A stretch of DNA of 64,000 nt. It comes from Planctomycetota bacterium (GTDB lineage: Bacteria; Planctomycetota; UBA8108; SXIK01). Location of the stretch: the NCBI GenBank assembly GCA_965223265.1, contig OZ244999.1, forward strand, positions 8,512,001 through 8,576,000, given 5' to 3'. How positions within the stretch are numbered: the stretch's first letter is position 1; each line of letters opens with the position of its first letter. This document shows positions 28,728 to 39,468 of the stretch, piece by piece. The notes beneath the pieces are model-generated. The model was not told the origin of the DNA and ran no database searches. It saw only the letters and a program-made list of their open reading frames with translations. The position numbers and the translations under genes are program-made.

Positions 28728-29627
28728 ATGAAGCGTCCACGCATCTCTGCGTTTCCTAAGTGTTATCTCGACGATTTAGTCGCGGGCCGCATGTCGCTCT
28801 TCGACTGGATTGACATGTCGGAGAGTTTGGGTGCCGAGGGGCTTGAGATGTATGACGCCTGGCTGCCGTCCGAACCAGCAGGGCTCGATCGCGTCGCACG
28901 CGCCATCGAGGCGACCGGACAGGAATGCCCGATGATGTGTTTTTCTCCTGACTTCACACACCCCGATCCGGTCTATCGACGCGAACAGCTCGAACGTCAG
29001 AAACAAGCGATCGATATGACCGTGGCACTCGGTGGAACATTCTGTCGTGTCCTCTCAGGGCAGCGTCGCCCTGACGTCTCGCGGGCCGACGGCATTCGCT
29101 GGGTCGTCGAATCCATCAACGCGGCGCTCGAATACGCTGCCGAGCGTGGCGTCATCCTGGCGATGGAAAATCATTTCAAGGACGGAGCGTGGAACTACCC
29201 TGAGTTCGCGCAGAGATCGGACTGCTTCTTCGAGGTGATCGGACAGATCGATTCGCCACTCTTCGGCGTGCAGTACGATCCGTCGAATACGGTCGTCGCA
29301 GGCGAGGATCCAGTTTGGTTTCTCGAGCAGGTCAAAGATCGAGTCGTGACCATGCACGCTTCTGATCGCTACCTCAGCCCGGGCTCTTCCATCGAAGACA
29401 TGCGGCAAAACGACGGCACCCTCGGTTACCCGGAGCACCTACAGCACGGCGTGACGGGTCAAGGGTTCAACGACTACGATGCGATCTTTACGATTCTTCG
29501 CTCGGTAGACTTTTGCGGCTGGATTTCGATCGAGGACGGCATGAACGGCATGGACGAGATGCGTGCGTCCGTCGACTTCCTCAAGGCCAAGATTGACGAG
29601 TTCTACGGAACTGCCGCAACTGAGTGA
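28728..29627 (+). CDS. Sugar phosphate isomerase/epimerase (xylose isomerase-like TIM barrel)
   Basis: MENH, YDPSN, MHASD, SIED metal-ligand pattern. Confidence 0.88.
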   Translation: MKRPRISAFPKCYLDDLVAGRMSLFDWIDMSESLGAEGLEMYDAWLPSEPAGLDRVARAIEATGQECPMMCFSPDFTHPDPVYRREQLERQKQAIDMTVALGGTFCRVLSGQRRPDVSRADGIRWVVESINAALEYAAERGVILAMENHFKDGAWNYPEFAQRSDCFFEVIGQIDSPLFGVQYDPSNTVVAGEDPVWFLEQVKDRVVTMHASDRYLSPGSSIEDMRQNDGTLGYPEHLQHGVTGQGFNDYDAIFTILRSVDFCGWISIEDGMNGMDEMRASVDFLKAKIDEFYGTAATE

Positions 29628-29689
29628 ACGCGTACTCGAACGCAGCACTCCCGCCAAGCGCCGGCTCCCCTTCTCGCGCTCCTGCTGTC

Positions 29690-30730
29690 TCACCTCTCGG
29701 GCAGTCGCTCGACGAGTTGGCGGAGAAGGTCGCGCCGCAAACGGGCCAGTGCGACTTTTCGGCTTGGCTCGGTCGCGGCCTCAATGCGGGCGTTCAACTC
29801 GTAGACCTGAAGAAGCGATTCCGCGCCGCGGCGTCCGGCGATCAGCGGCGCGAGTCGACTTAACTCGCCGGCAGCTTCAGCTCGCTCTTTGGAATCCGCA
29901 TCTGACGAGTGTGCTATCCGCAGGGCATTACCGAACCTCGTCTGCGTTTCGCGGCTGGCGGTGGCAATCAGCCGCTCGAGCAGGGTCTCGACCTGCGACT
30001 GCTCCCAGCGAAATACGGCTTCGTTCGGATGCGTTTCAAACCAGCCAGTGTCATTGGCATGCCAGAAGAGCGGTACCCATGTGAACACCGGTCGCTCGTC
30101 TTCGAACACGGGTTGGTCGTTTTCCACCTTGTGCCGCCGCACCCACGCCGAAGCGTAATCACCGCCGTCTGCGGGAAGCTCGGCGGCGAATTCCATCGAT
30201 CCATCAATGCGCTTGAGTCGATAGCGTTTGTCGACGGGTCCGGTCGCCAGCTCCAGTTCGACGAACTTCCACGACTCCAGCTCGTTTGTTTCGAGTTCTT
30301 CCATTCGAGTCGCGAAGCTGTCCTTGAGTGACGGTTCCGTGAGGTGGGTGTCTAGAATCGACGCTAAGCCGGATTTCGGCGACGCATCTACGTTCGCTGT
30401 GACGTTCGCGTCGGCGCCGTCGCGTCGGGAAGAGCGGTTCGCGCTTGGGGCGGTCGGGCTCCATGTCCGGTCGCGTTCGCGCACTGTCGAGATCTGCCGC
30501 AGAGGGAATGTCATGACGCCGATCTTGCCGCGCAGCGTCAGTTCCCGGTCGGTGACGCGGATGATTTTTCCTTCGAAGACGTTCCCATCCTTCAGCGTGA
30601 CACGATCTGCGAGGAGACCTCCTCCGGAGCTGAGGCCGAGGACGAGGATGAGCCAGGATCCCAGCCAAATCCGTCGGCGTCGCGCTTCATCGATCGTCGC
30701 CATCGGGGTACCCAGCCGTCGTGTGAGCAT
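29690..30730 (-). CDS. Hypothetical exported protein
   Basis: Signal/TM segment followed by ADRVTLKDGNVFEGKII, a motif common in planctomycete proteins; start uncertain. Confidence 0.65.
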   Translation of the reverse strand: MLTRRLGTPMATIDEARRRRIWLGSWLILVLGLSSGGGLLADRVTLKDGNVFEGKIIRVTDRELTLRGKIGVMTFPLRQISTVRERDRTWSPTAPSANRSSRRDGADANVTANVDASPKSGLASILDTHLTEPSLKDSFATRMEELETNELESWKFVELELATGPVDKRYRLKRIDGSMEFAAELPADGGDYASAWVRRHKVENDQPVFEDERPVFTWVPLFWHANDTGWFETHPNEAVFRWEQSQVETLLERLIATASRETQTRFGNALRIAHSSDADSKERAEAAGELSRLAPLIAGRRGAESLLQVYELNARIEAATEPSRKVALARLRRDLLRQLVERLPER

Positions 30731-31114
30731 GAGTCCTGTCCTTCGTCGGTCGGGATAAGGAGAGTCGGTGGGAGTCTGGAGAAGAGTAGCATCGAGTCTT
30801 ACGACCGCCGAATCGCGCCGGGTTATCAGCTGGTCGGGCGGGAGTCCCGTCACATCGGCCGGGTTGCCCGGCGTCCGATTACGCGATCGGGAGACGGGTC
30901 GAGACTGATCGCCGAACCGAGTTTTTCTGCTCGCGATTTTTGGAAGTTTGGGTCCTGAGGGGGAAATCGTTCGATGTGATCGGCCCGTCCGGAGATTGGT
31001 GAACAATCCGGCGATTTGAGTGAATCGGAACGGCCGTGGCGGCGTTCAATTCACGTTGTCACTCCACTTCGTTGGTACAATCGGGCATGCCGCGAAGATC
31101 TTGGGAGCCTCTGA

Positions 31115-34100
31115 ATGTTTCGCAACGCTTCTGGTTTCGCTTGTGTCCTTCTTGTGCTTCTTCTGGCTACGCTCGCGTGGGTGCTGCACCTAGCCGAGAG
31201 TGCCCCAGAGCACGGCACAGGACGCGTCAAGACACCTGTGGCTGACAAAGTCGCGCGGCGCGGTCATGCGAGCTCAGACGACTTGACAGCCGACGGCTTC
31301 GCGCCCGGTGGCGACCAGCGTTTTCCTTCCGACGCGGGTTTTGAGAGTGCCCCTCCCGCGGCTGTCGAGGCCTCGCCTGATGCTGCTGGCGGTGACCTGA
31401 TCGCCATGGCGTCTGCCGACCTGCCGGCGGAACGGGCGCAAGCCGACGACGCGGTGGTCCGCATCTACGACGCTGCCAGCGGCGCGGCTGTGACCGGTGC
31501 CGCGGCGCGCATGTCCGCCTACCACGGTAGCGTCGACCCAGCCTTCGCGGCGCACCCGCGGCTCGAGTTCGACTCGGGTGTCGTCGCAAGTGATGGGTCA
31601 CTCGCCGTCCCTGCCTTTCGGCCGAACGATCCCAATCTTCTTGTCCACGTGCAGATCGACCATCCCGACTACGCCGCGGCAACCGTCGTGCTCCATCGAC
31701 GCCCAGACGATGCTGCGCGCTGGCAACCTCGTGACGTCTATCTTCGACGCGCCTCGACCGCTCGCGTCCGCTTGGTGACGATCGAAGGCGAGCCGCTTGT
31801 GGAGGCTCCCGTGCGGGTCACCACCGTGCGTGGATCGTCAGACCTTCGCGACTCTGGAGAGGTGTGGATCGCGCCGCGCTCACGCGGGCAGCTCGTCGCC
31901 GCGAACGAATCGACCGTCTTCTATACGGACGCTGCGGGTGATCTGAGACTTCCGTACGTAACAGGCTTTTGCCTTCTTGAGCTGCTCGCCCCGGTTTACG
32001 AGCTCGTTCACCATGATCCTTTTTTCGAGGAGCCAGAACGCGGGCGCATCCGCTATCACGCGCCGCTCGATGGTTCGCTCGGGATTTTGCAGGCCGAGCC
32101 GCGGCAGCGATATACGCTCACGCTCTTCGATCTGGACGGGGCGATCGTGCGCGACACGCGCGTCGAAGCCGTCGTTCACGATCGCGTCCAGAGCAGCCGC
32201 ACCGATGAGCAGGGACGAGTGACCCTTGGCGTCGCGGTGCCGACTTCTCTCACGCAACCAACCGTCGCATCGCTGACGACGCTCAGCCCAGACTATTTTC
32301 AGCGAACTGTGACGTTTCCGGCGCCGCGTGAGCCTGCCGTTGCAACGCTCGGTGCACGCACCGCGCCGCGCCTACGATTTCGTGCCCTGCGGGTTGTCGA
32401 CGATGTCGAACGCCCAGTGGAACCGATCACCCCGTCTTCGGTGCAGCTGGCGCACGAAATGACTCTTGTCCGCCTGGACGGTGACGGCGGCGTTCACTAC
32501 GTCGGCGAGCTGCCCCCAGCAGGGATCGCTTTGGAGATCTTCATCAGTGGTTTCTTGCCACGTTATGTCACCACGCCGCCACTTCCGATCGGCGCTGCGG
32601 AGCTCGATCTTGGCGACATCGTTTTCGATCCTGGTTGGACGCGGGAAGTGGATCTTCGAGGCTTGCGGCTCGAAACGGACGATTGCCGTGGCTGCTCCGT
32701 CTTGGTCAGCAGCGAGGGCGATCCGCACCTGGTGCATCGCTACGTCGCCGATCGAGCAGAGCGAGTTCTTCTCGGTGGCCTTTCACGCGGTTTCTACACC
32801 GTCACGATCGAAGGACCTGATCTGGCAACCCGAACGACCCGCTTCGAGATGCTCGAATCGCTGCAGGCGGCGCCGCTTTCCTTCGACGGAGCATGGGTAC
32901 ATCACTCTCGCGTCCGCAGCGCCGGAGCGGTTCACTCTGTCGCGGAGTCGGAGTTTGCGGGCGCGGAAGTCATCGAGCTGTATCAAGTCGCGGGGACGGA
33001 GGGTGAGGTGAAGTCGGTGTCTTATCCGCTCGCTCCCGATGGATCTTTCGGGACGACTTTGGAAATGGAGAACATGGACCTGCTGCGCGTTGGTGTCGTC
33101 ACACCGCAAGGCCGGGTCGCTCTCGGGGTTGGAGGTGAACCAATCGCCGTCGGCAAAGATCGCTGGCTCTATGAATTCGGGCTGTTGAACTTCCTCAAGC
33201 GACCCTCTGCGCGGATCGATTTCATCGCTCCAGGGCTTGGGCGCGTGGAGCCGCCGCATCGCGTGAGCGTCCACGACGCTGCAGGCTTCTCCCAGCTGGC
33301 GCGATTTCGTGTGTACGAACGTAGCTTGTGGATCGATTCTCTGCTGCCGGGAGCCTATGACCTGCGCTGGCAAGTTGGTGACGGCGCGGAAGCAACCGTC
33401 GGCCTGGTGATCCGCAGCAACGAAGAGTTGCGTGTGCGCGTGGAGCGCTCGGTGCTTCCCGAAGAAACGATCGAGATTCTGGTCGTCGATCGTGACCGTC
33501 GGCCGATCGAAAGTGCTGCGGTGTCGCCGAGCGGGAGGTCCTTCGGTGTCGATCGTGATGCCTTGCCACCGGGAATCCACCTAACGAGAATCCGCACGCG
33601 TGAGACCACCACGCTGAGGGTCGAGGCGCCGGGGTTTGTTCACGCCACGGCGACGATCGAAGCGGGAGGGGTCGCGCCCAGCGAGGTCATTCTCTACGGC
33701 GCCGCACGCGCGAAGGGCCTCGTTCTCGACGCGGACGGACTCCCCGCAGTCGGTGAGCTGTGGATTGACTGGCGGCCTCTGAAGCCAAGTCGGATCTCTT
33801 ACGGCGATCGCATAGCCGTCGAGCTCACGGACGGGCGATTCGTCGTCGATGAATTACCAGCCCTGCCGCTGGAGTTCACGTTTCGTCTCGCTGATTCGAG
33901 CATCCAAGTTCAGCGTACGGCCAGCCTCGTTGCGGACGACGAAATCCATGACTTCGGCACCCTGCCGCTGATCGAAACTCGATCCCTCTCAGGGACCGTG
34001 TTCTTGCCGGACGGCTCGCGCGCCGCTGGTGCTGACGTGCTGCTTGTCGACGAGCGTTTCCTTCGCGTGCCTCTTAGGTCGCTCGCGGAGCGGGACGTGC

Positions 34101-35092
34101 GGTTTCGAGCCACGACCGATTCGCAGGGCGCGTTCGAGCTCCGAGAGATTCCTCTGGCGTTGGACGCGGATCTCCTTCTCGTGGCGCGACTGGATGGTTA
34201 CGGAGATGCATTCGCTGCTCGTCCAGACCTCGGTGAGAGCAGCTACGAGTTACAGCTCTCGCCGGCAGCTGGCCTGGAGCTCGCCGTTGGCTACTTGGAT
34301 GCCGCCGCGCGTCCGGAGTTTAGATTCGCGCTCGAGTTTCAGCCAGATCCTGAGGACGTCACGACTCGGACTGAGCTCGGTGAGATCCCAGCTGAGCTCT
34401 ACGGAGCGAATGTCTACGAGAATATCGAACCGGGCCTCTATCGTGTCACGTGGGGACCGCGGGACGCCTACGAACCTATCGCGCCGTTGACGGAGGAAGT
34501 GGTCGTCGTACCAGGAGAGATTCGTAGTCTCCACTTGACGCTCGAAGGCAGGGAACTGCGCGGCACGGCGTCGCTCAATGGTCAAGCCGTCGAGCGCGGT
34601 TGGATTCTACTCACTGACGAACCGGGCGCGAGCAGTTCGCGCGTCGGTCGCATCGTCGACAGCCGATTTCTGGTTGTCGACCCTCCCCTTGGTTTTCAGG
34701 TCTACGGGGCGATTGTTCCAGAAGGCAAGCCTCAGGCGCAGCAAAACATTGCCCGCGGCGAAGCGTTGCCGCTGCGTGTACCGCTTTACGATCAGGCGCG
34801 GCGCAACGGCTTTCTGCGCTTCGACTACGTCGCCTACGATCTCAGACTCAAATTCTCAGAGGAGTTCCTTCACCGCTACCCAGGTGCACAGCTCGTCTAC
34901 GACCAATATCGCTGGGACGGCAGCAGGTTCGTGAGTTACAAGGCGAGCGAACTGGTCGCCGCTTCATTCGTCGATTTCCGACTTCTCCGACCTGCAGTCT
35001 ATCGGCTGTCGCTGCGCACGGCGTCCGGTGGTCTGATCGTGGCGCGCCCGATCGCGATCATCGATCATGACACCGAAATCGAGTTGCGCTGA
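31115..35092 (+). CDS. Large exported protein with carboxypeptidase-regulatory-like beta-sandwich repeats
   Basis: N-terminal TM; repeated TD..G.F, G.V...DG...GA.V and L.PG.Y motifs. Confidence 0.8.
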   Translation: MFRNASGFACVLLVLLLATLAWVLHLAESAPEHGTGRVKTPVADKVARRGHASSDDLTADGFAPGGDQRFPSDAGFESAPPAAVEASPDAAGGDLIAMASADLPAERAQADDAVVRIYDAASGAAVTGAAARMSAYHGSVDPAFAAHPRLEFDSGVVASDGSLAVPAFRPNDPNLLVHVQIDHPDYAAATVVLHRRPDDAARWQPRDVYLRRASTARVRLVTIEGEPLVEAPVRVTTVRGSSDLRDSGEVWIAPRSRGQLVAANESTVFYTDAAGDLRLPYVTGFCLLELLAPVYELVHHDPFFEEPERGRIRYHAPLDGSLGILQAEPRQRYTLTLFDLDGAIVRDTRVEAVVHDRVQSSRTDEQGRVTLGVAVPTSLTQPTVASLTTLSPDYFQRTVTFPAPREPAVATLGARTAPRLRFRALRVVDDVERPVEPITPSSVQLAHEMTLVRLDGDGGVHYVGELPPAGIALEIFISGFLPRYVTTPPLPIGAAELDLGDIVFDPGWTREVDLRGLRLETDDCRGCSVLVSSEGDPHLVHRYVADRAERVLLGGLSRGFYTVTIEGPDLATRTTRFEMLESLQAAPLSFDGAWVHHSRVRSAGAVHSVAESEFAGAEVIELYQVAGTEGEVKSVSYPLAPDGSFGTTLEMENMDLLRVGVVTPQGRVALGVGGEPIAVGKDRWLYEFGLLNFLKRPSARIDFIAPGLGRVEPPHRVSVHDAAGFSQLARFRVYERSLWIDSLLPGAYDLRWQVGDGAEATVGLVIRSNEELRVRVERSVLPEETIEILVVDRDRRPIESAAVSPSGRSFGVDRDALPPGIHLTRIRTRETTTLRVEAPGFVHATATIEAGGVAPSEVILYGAARAKGLVLDADGLPAVGELWIDWRPLKPSRISYGDRIAVELTDGRFVVDELPALPLEFTFRLADSSIQVQRTASLVADDEIHDFGTLPLIETRSLSGTVFLPDGSRAAGADVLLVDERFLRVPLRSLAERDVRFRATTDSQGAFELREIPLALDADLLLVARLDGYGDAFAARPDLGESSYELQLSPAAGLELAVGYLDAAARPEFRFALEFQPDPEDVTTRTELGEIPAELYGANVYENIEPGLYRVTWGPRDAYEPIAPLTEEVVVVPGEIRSLHLTLEGRELRGTASLNGQAVERGWILLTDEPGASSSRVGRIVDSRFLVVDPPLGFQVYGAIVPEGKPQAQQNIARGEALPLRVPLYDQARRNGFLRFDYVAYDLRLKFSEEFLHRYPGAQLVYDQYRWDGSRFVSYKASELVAASFVDFRLLRPAVYRLSLRTASGGLIVARPIAIIDHDTEIELR

Positions 35093-35140
35093 TCCCCGCG
35101 TCGGCCGACATGTACGGCCGAACGCTCAGGGGGCCGGTGG

Positions 35141-37972
35141 TCAAAACCCAATCAGCAGCCCTGTCATGATGCCGCGTCCTGCACCGGCGCCGCTTCCCGT
35201 CTTGAGCAGCGGGATGTCGCCGCGAACGAACGCTTCGATTTGATCCGTCAGATGAAGTGAAGCGCCCGGGCGAAGGACGAGGTCAAAGCTGGCTTGGTCG
35301 ACGTCGACGGGGGTACGCCCGGACGATCGACGATCTTTGGCTTTCAGGAGACCGCGCGCGCCGAGGAACAGGGAAACGTGACCGTGGCGCTCGGAGTAGG
35401 TGAGGGCGCTTTCCCACAGGTCGCCGGGGCGGCGCCCTTGGTGGCGATCGATCGCTGTCGTGTAGAGGGTTTCGAGGGTCAGCGCTCTATAGGTGTTCCA
35501 CGTCAACTCAAGCGCACCGCCCGCTGTTGGTCGCCACACACCGCTGCCACGCGCGAATGCGAATGGGGCAGCGCTGGCAGCGTTAGCAGTTGGGGCGGTC
35601 GTTGCCAGTCGAGGGATGAGCCGGAGCGCATCGCCCTCCGTTTCCGACGCAGCGAGCAGAAACGGTCGCTGCACGCCGAACTCAAGGTCGCGGACCCCCT
35701 CATCCGAGCCGCGTACTCCTGCGACTTTCCAGTCAGCGCGCCGGTAACCACCCGCGGCGTCGAGTTCGATCTCCCACGGCCCCCGCACGGCGGCGCGCAG
35801 CGTCACATCGCGCAGTCGGCCGCGGGCGCCGTCGCCGCCTCCCAGTCGATCGCGGTACCAAAAGGAAGACTCGAAGCGGACGCGATCTGGCACCGTATCG
35901 AGAATCTGTTGACCGAATCGCCGACTCTGAGGGCCGGTTGGACTTCCGTAAGGCGTCGGTTCAAGGCCGGCGTAACGCGGCGCCGCGCGCTCGCTTCTGT
36001 CGTACGGCCTGGCCATCGTGACGGCGGCCGGCGCGGTCGCCTCGCCCGACCAAAAGTGCTCGAGCATGTCGAGTCCCTGCTCGACTGTTTTGGCGCCGTG
36101 CGCCGGACCGTTGAGGGCGACGAAGCTTGTCGGGTCCAGTTTGCTACGCGCGTGGTTGGCTTGAGTGACCGCGTAGCCGCTGTAGGCGTTCGCGTGTGTG
36201 ACGACGAATGTGCTGGCCGCCGGGCTGCGCTGCTTGAGATCGAGACCCAAACGAACAGCGATTTCGGACGACGTAGCCACGATCGCGGTGTCGCCGATGC
36301 GCAGGGTTTGCAGCGGTGCGTACTTTGGCCAGTCGATCAAAGATCCAACGAGCCAGTCCAGCGGAAAGAGCAGGTCTGGAATCAAGTTGGGGTTGAAAGG
36401 GGGCAACGCGAAGTAGGTCGTCATTGCGCCGAGTTCAACGTCGCTGCGTGTCGCGATCGAGTCGATGTGGCCACGAACCGCTGTGAAGAGCTCAGCCGCT
36501 ACTTCTTCGGCGAGGCCTTCGGATGCCCATTGACCTGGACGGCGTGGCGACACCGCGTTGAGATCTCCGAGGGCACCGGCGAGGAAGAGACCGAAGCCGA
36601 ACGTGTCGTCGAGCTTCGAGGCGAGGTGTCCAGGGTAGTCGGGCGAAACGAATCCGTCGGCGGGCGAGAGAATCGGGTGGGCGGCGAAGTTGACGACGAC
36701 GGCGATGGGATCTCCTGCCGCGTCGACGACTTTCAGAATTCCAACTTCGGGATCGACGGTGGTGCCGTGGCGTCGATTCGCGCTGAGCCCGCCGGCAGCT
36801 GCGCTGCCGGCGCCGATAGCGGCCGGCTCGAGAGCATTGACTGCGTCGACTACCGCGTCGGCAATGCGCGTAACGAGTTGACTTCGGAGTTCCTCTTGGA
36901 ACGGACCGAACATGTAGAATTCGTAGAGTCCGTGATCCACGAAGCCGCCGACGCTCGTGTGCGTGTGGGTGGCGGCCACGAGCAAGTCGTCGAGCTCGAC
37001 GCCACGCTCGCCCAGACGGACCGCGACGAGGCGACGAAGTTCAGCGTCGGTGATGAGCAGATCGGCGCTGACGACTGCAACGCGCAGATCGTCCACTTCG
37101 AGGGCGATGGCGCGGGCGAACACCGGGGTTCGGACACCGGCGGCGACGCCTGGGCTCGGGCCGTAGGTCGCTAGCTGGACTGGACCGGTCCATCCATCGA
37201 GAAGATTTCGCTTTCCAACCCCTGCCCGCAGTGAGCCACGACGGGTGCGGGTGCTCCCCGAGACGAGTGGATACATGGTGAAAACGCGCTCTTCAAGTTC
37301 GCGGATGCGCTCTTCGTCGTCGAGGAGGCCGGGGTTGTCGATGAACGGTCGATAGAGCTCGACCGGAAACAGGTCGATGAATTGAAAGACGTTCGGATAG
37401 ACCGGCGGGATATGAAAGTGGTACGACGTTTCCCGTTTGAGTCGTTCGCGGTCCTTCACCCCCTGAAAGAGCATGCGCCACGCGGCTGACATCATGCCGG
37501 TACGGTCGGCGCCGGCGCGGCAGTGCATGAGGAAGGGACGGCGGGACTCCTGGGCGCGCAGCGTGACGCGAATCATCTCGAGGATTTTGCGCGGCGTCGG
37601 TGGCCTCGCGGCCGACATGCGAACGTGTGTGTAAGTGCCACTACGTGCCTCGATGAACGCCTTTTCATCGGGGTCGGGCTTGCGTTGTAGATCGAGGATT
37701 TCGCCGAGATTGACTCGTTCGCTGAGAAACTCGAGAAGCGCGCGGCTTGGCTCGTGGGAGCGATAGGCGATTCCTGGGGCAAGCTCGCCGAGGTTGTCGA
37801 AAAGAAAGCGCGTCTTCTCGCCGGCGCTCAGGGGTTCAACGTCGCTCGGTACTTCGAGCGGTGGCAAAGGTTCCGGAACTTCGACGAGCAAGCTGCAGCT
37901 GCTCGTGAGGCTCATGAGGCCCGCGACCCAGGCGGCGGCGACCTGCAGGCGTGCACATCGGGATCGACACAT
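35141..37972 (-). CDS. Lipoprotein fusion: CX5R phosphatase, neutral/alkaline ceramidase-like domain and C-terminal outer-membrane beta-barrel
   Basis: LTSS-C lipobox; HCRAGADRTG; ATHTHT, NFAAHP, SPDYPG, GALGD; amphipathic C-terminal strands ending in Phe. Confidence 0.8.
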   Translation of the reverse strand: MCRSRCARLQVAAAWVAGLMSLTSSCSLLVEVPEPLPPLEVPSDVEPLSAGEKTRFLFDNLGELAPGIAYRSHEPSRALLEFLSERVNLGEILDLQRKPDPDEKAFIEARSGTYTHVRMSAARPPTPRKILEMIRVTLRAQESRRPFLMHCRAGADRTGMMSAAWRMLFQGVKDRERLKRETSYHFHIPPVYPNVFQFIDLFPVELYRPFIDNPGLLDDEERIRELEERVFTMYPLVSGSTRTRRGSLRAGVGKRNLLDGWTGPVQLATYGPSPGVAAGVRTPVFARAIALEVDDLRVAVVSADLLITDAELRRLVAVRLGERGVELDDLLVAATHTHTSVGGFVDHGLYEFYMFGPFQEELRSQLVTRIADAVVDAVNALEPAAIGAGSAAAGGLSANRRHGTTVDPEVGILKVVDAAGDPIAVVVNFAAHPILSPADGFVSPDYPGHLASKLDDTFGFGLFLAGALGDLNAVSPRRPGQWASEGLAEEVAAELFTAVRGHIDSIATRSDVELGAMTTYFALPPFNPNLIPDLLFPLDWLVGSLIDWPKYAPLQTLRIGDTAIVATSSEIAVRLGLDLKQRSPAASTFVVTHANAYSGYAVTQANHARSKLDPTSFVALNGPAHGAKTVEQGLDMLEHFWSGEATAPAAVTMARPYDRSERAAPRYAGLEPTPYGSPTGPQSRRFGQQILDTVPDRVRFESSFWYRDRLGGGDGARGRLRDVTLRAAVRGPWEIELDAAGGYRRADWKVAGVRGSDEGVRDLEFGVQRPFLLAASETEGDALRLIPRLATTAPTANAASAAPFAFARGSGVWRPTAGGALELTWNTYRALTLETLYTTAIDRHQGRRPGDLWESALTYSERHGHVSLFLGARGLLKAKDRRSSGRTPVDVDQASFDLVLRPGASLHLTDQIEAFVRGDIPLLKTGSGAGAGRGIMTGLLIGF

Positions 37973-38409
37973 ATTCAGGCGACTCTCTTCCGCTTCTTCC
38001 GATCTTCTCTGGTTCTCTTCTGATCTGCGCTGATCTTTTCTGCCGCTGTCTGCGGCTTCTGACGACGGCAGCGCGCGGCACATGGGCGCTGAATTATAGT
38101 GTGCGACGGTCGAGAACTCGAACGAGATCCGAGCCTCAGTCGCGCGCTGTTTCCCTCTGAGTGAGGAGAGCCGTAGGCTGTTCGCCGAGGACTGCACGCG
38201 TGTGGATTCAAGCGAGCCGTGTCGTAGAGGTTCGACCCACCCCAGAGAAAGCGACAGGGGCTGTTCGCGCGGTCCTATTGAGGCGCTATCTCGTGACCGT
38301 CGATGAGGCCGGACTCGCCCGTTGCGCTGGCTCCGATGAACCGTCATCCTCAGTGTGCTCGTCGTCGACAAGCATCAATGTCCCATCAACCGAAGGAGTG
38401 ACGCACGTC

Positions 38410-39468
38410 GTGAGCGATCACCTGCCGGAGCCTTTTCAGTGGCTGCGGGAAGCACCTTTCTTTCAGGCCGGACTGGCGGGCTATTCCGACGCCGCGATGC
38501 GCATCGTAGCGCGGCGACATGGTTGCCCCTACTGTGTCACCGAGTCGATCCAAGATGACGTGCTGGTGCACGGGGGCAAGGGGCTCGAGGCAGCGCGGCT
38601 TGATCCGGAGGATCACCCGATCGCCGGCCAACTCATGGGCACGTTTCCAGACTCGATCGCAGCGGGCGCCCGGATTCTCGTCGAGCTCGGTTACGATGTG
38701 ATCGACGTCAACCTGGCGTGTCCGACGAAGCGCGTCCGGGCTCGATGCCGTGGCGGCCTCTTGCTGTCGGCGCCAGACGAAGCCATTGAGATTCTTACGG
38801 CGGTGCGCGATTCCGTGGCGGGGCGGAGGCCACTGACGGTCAAGCTGCGTCGTGGCTACGACGACTCGACTGAGTCGGCGCAGAACTTTTACCGGATCGT
38901 CGAGGCCGCGATCGACCTTGGCTACTTTGCCGCGACGGTCCATGGCCGGACGGTGACGCAAAAATACGTCGGTCCGTCGTCGTGGAACTTTCTCGCCAGT
39001 CTGACCCGTCGATATCCGAGTTTCCGCTTCTTCGGTTCCGGTGACGTCTTCGACGCTGCTGCTATTTTCAATATGCTCGAGACGACGAACGTGCGCGCCG
39101 TCGCCGTGGCCCGAGGTGCGATCGCCAACCCGTGGATTTTTCGCCAGGCGCATGCAGTCCTGCATGGTGGCACCGCTGCGCCGCCGACCCGCGCCGAGCA
39201 GCGAGGAGTCCTCGAGCAGCACTTTCAATTGGCCTCTCGATTCACCCCGGAGCGAGCTGTCCGTATGATGCGCAAGTTCGGGATTAAGTTCAGCCGCCAC
39301 CACCCGAACGCGGCCGACGTTGCGCGGGCTTTTATTGCCGTGAAGTCGTCCGCCGACTGGTGGGGCGCTCTTGAGGCGCATTACCCGCAGGGCAGGGTCA
39401 TCGACGCTGCTGTGACGTCTGGCGTCGACGGTCGTGCTTCGGTTGACCGTCGGAACGCGACTTGTTGA
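38410..39468 (+). CDS. dusB: tRNA-dihydrouridine synthase (DusB-like)
   Basis: AGYSD, QLMG, IDVNLACP, TVKLRRG, VHGRT, GSGDV, ARG...NPWIF. Confidence 0.85.
   Translation: MSDHLPEPFQWLREAPFFQAGLAGYSDAAMRIVARRHGCPYCVTESIQDDVLVHGGKGLEAARLDPEDHPIAGQLMGTFPDSIAAGARILVELGYDVIDVNLACPTKRVRARCRGGLLLSAPDEAIEILTAVRDSVAGRRPLTVKLRRGYDDSTESAQNFYRIVEAAIDLGYFAATVHGRTVTQKYVGPSSWNFLASLTRRYPSFRFFGSGDVFDAAAIFNMLETTNVRAVAVARGAIANPWIFRQAHAVLHGGTAAPPTRAEQRGVLEQHFQLASRFTPERAVRMMRKFGIKFSRHHPNAADVARAFIAVKSSADWWGALEAHYPQGRVIDAAVTSGVDGRASVDRRNATC

Noticed and set aside
35294-37174. 626-aa plus-strand ORF
   Set aside because: Antisense shadow of the phosphatase-ceramidase gene; no motifs
39398-39468. 71-bp convergent overlap of dusB and archaemetzincin as a regulatory feature
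   Set aside because: Both tails look non-conserved, and such overlaps are common in GC-rich genomes
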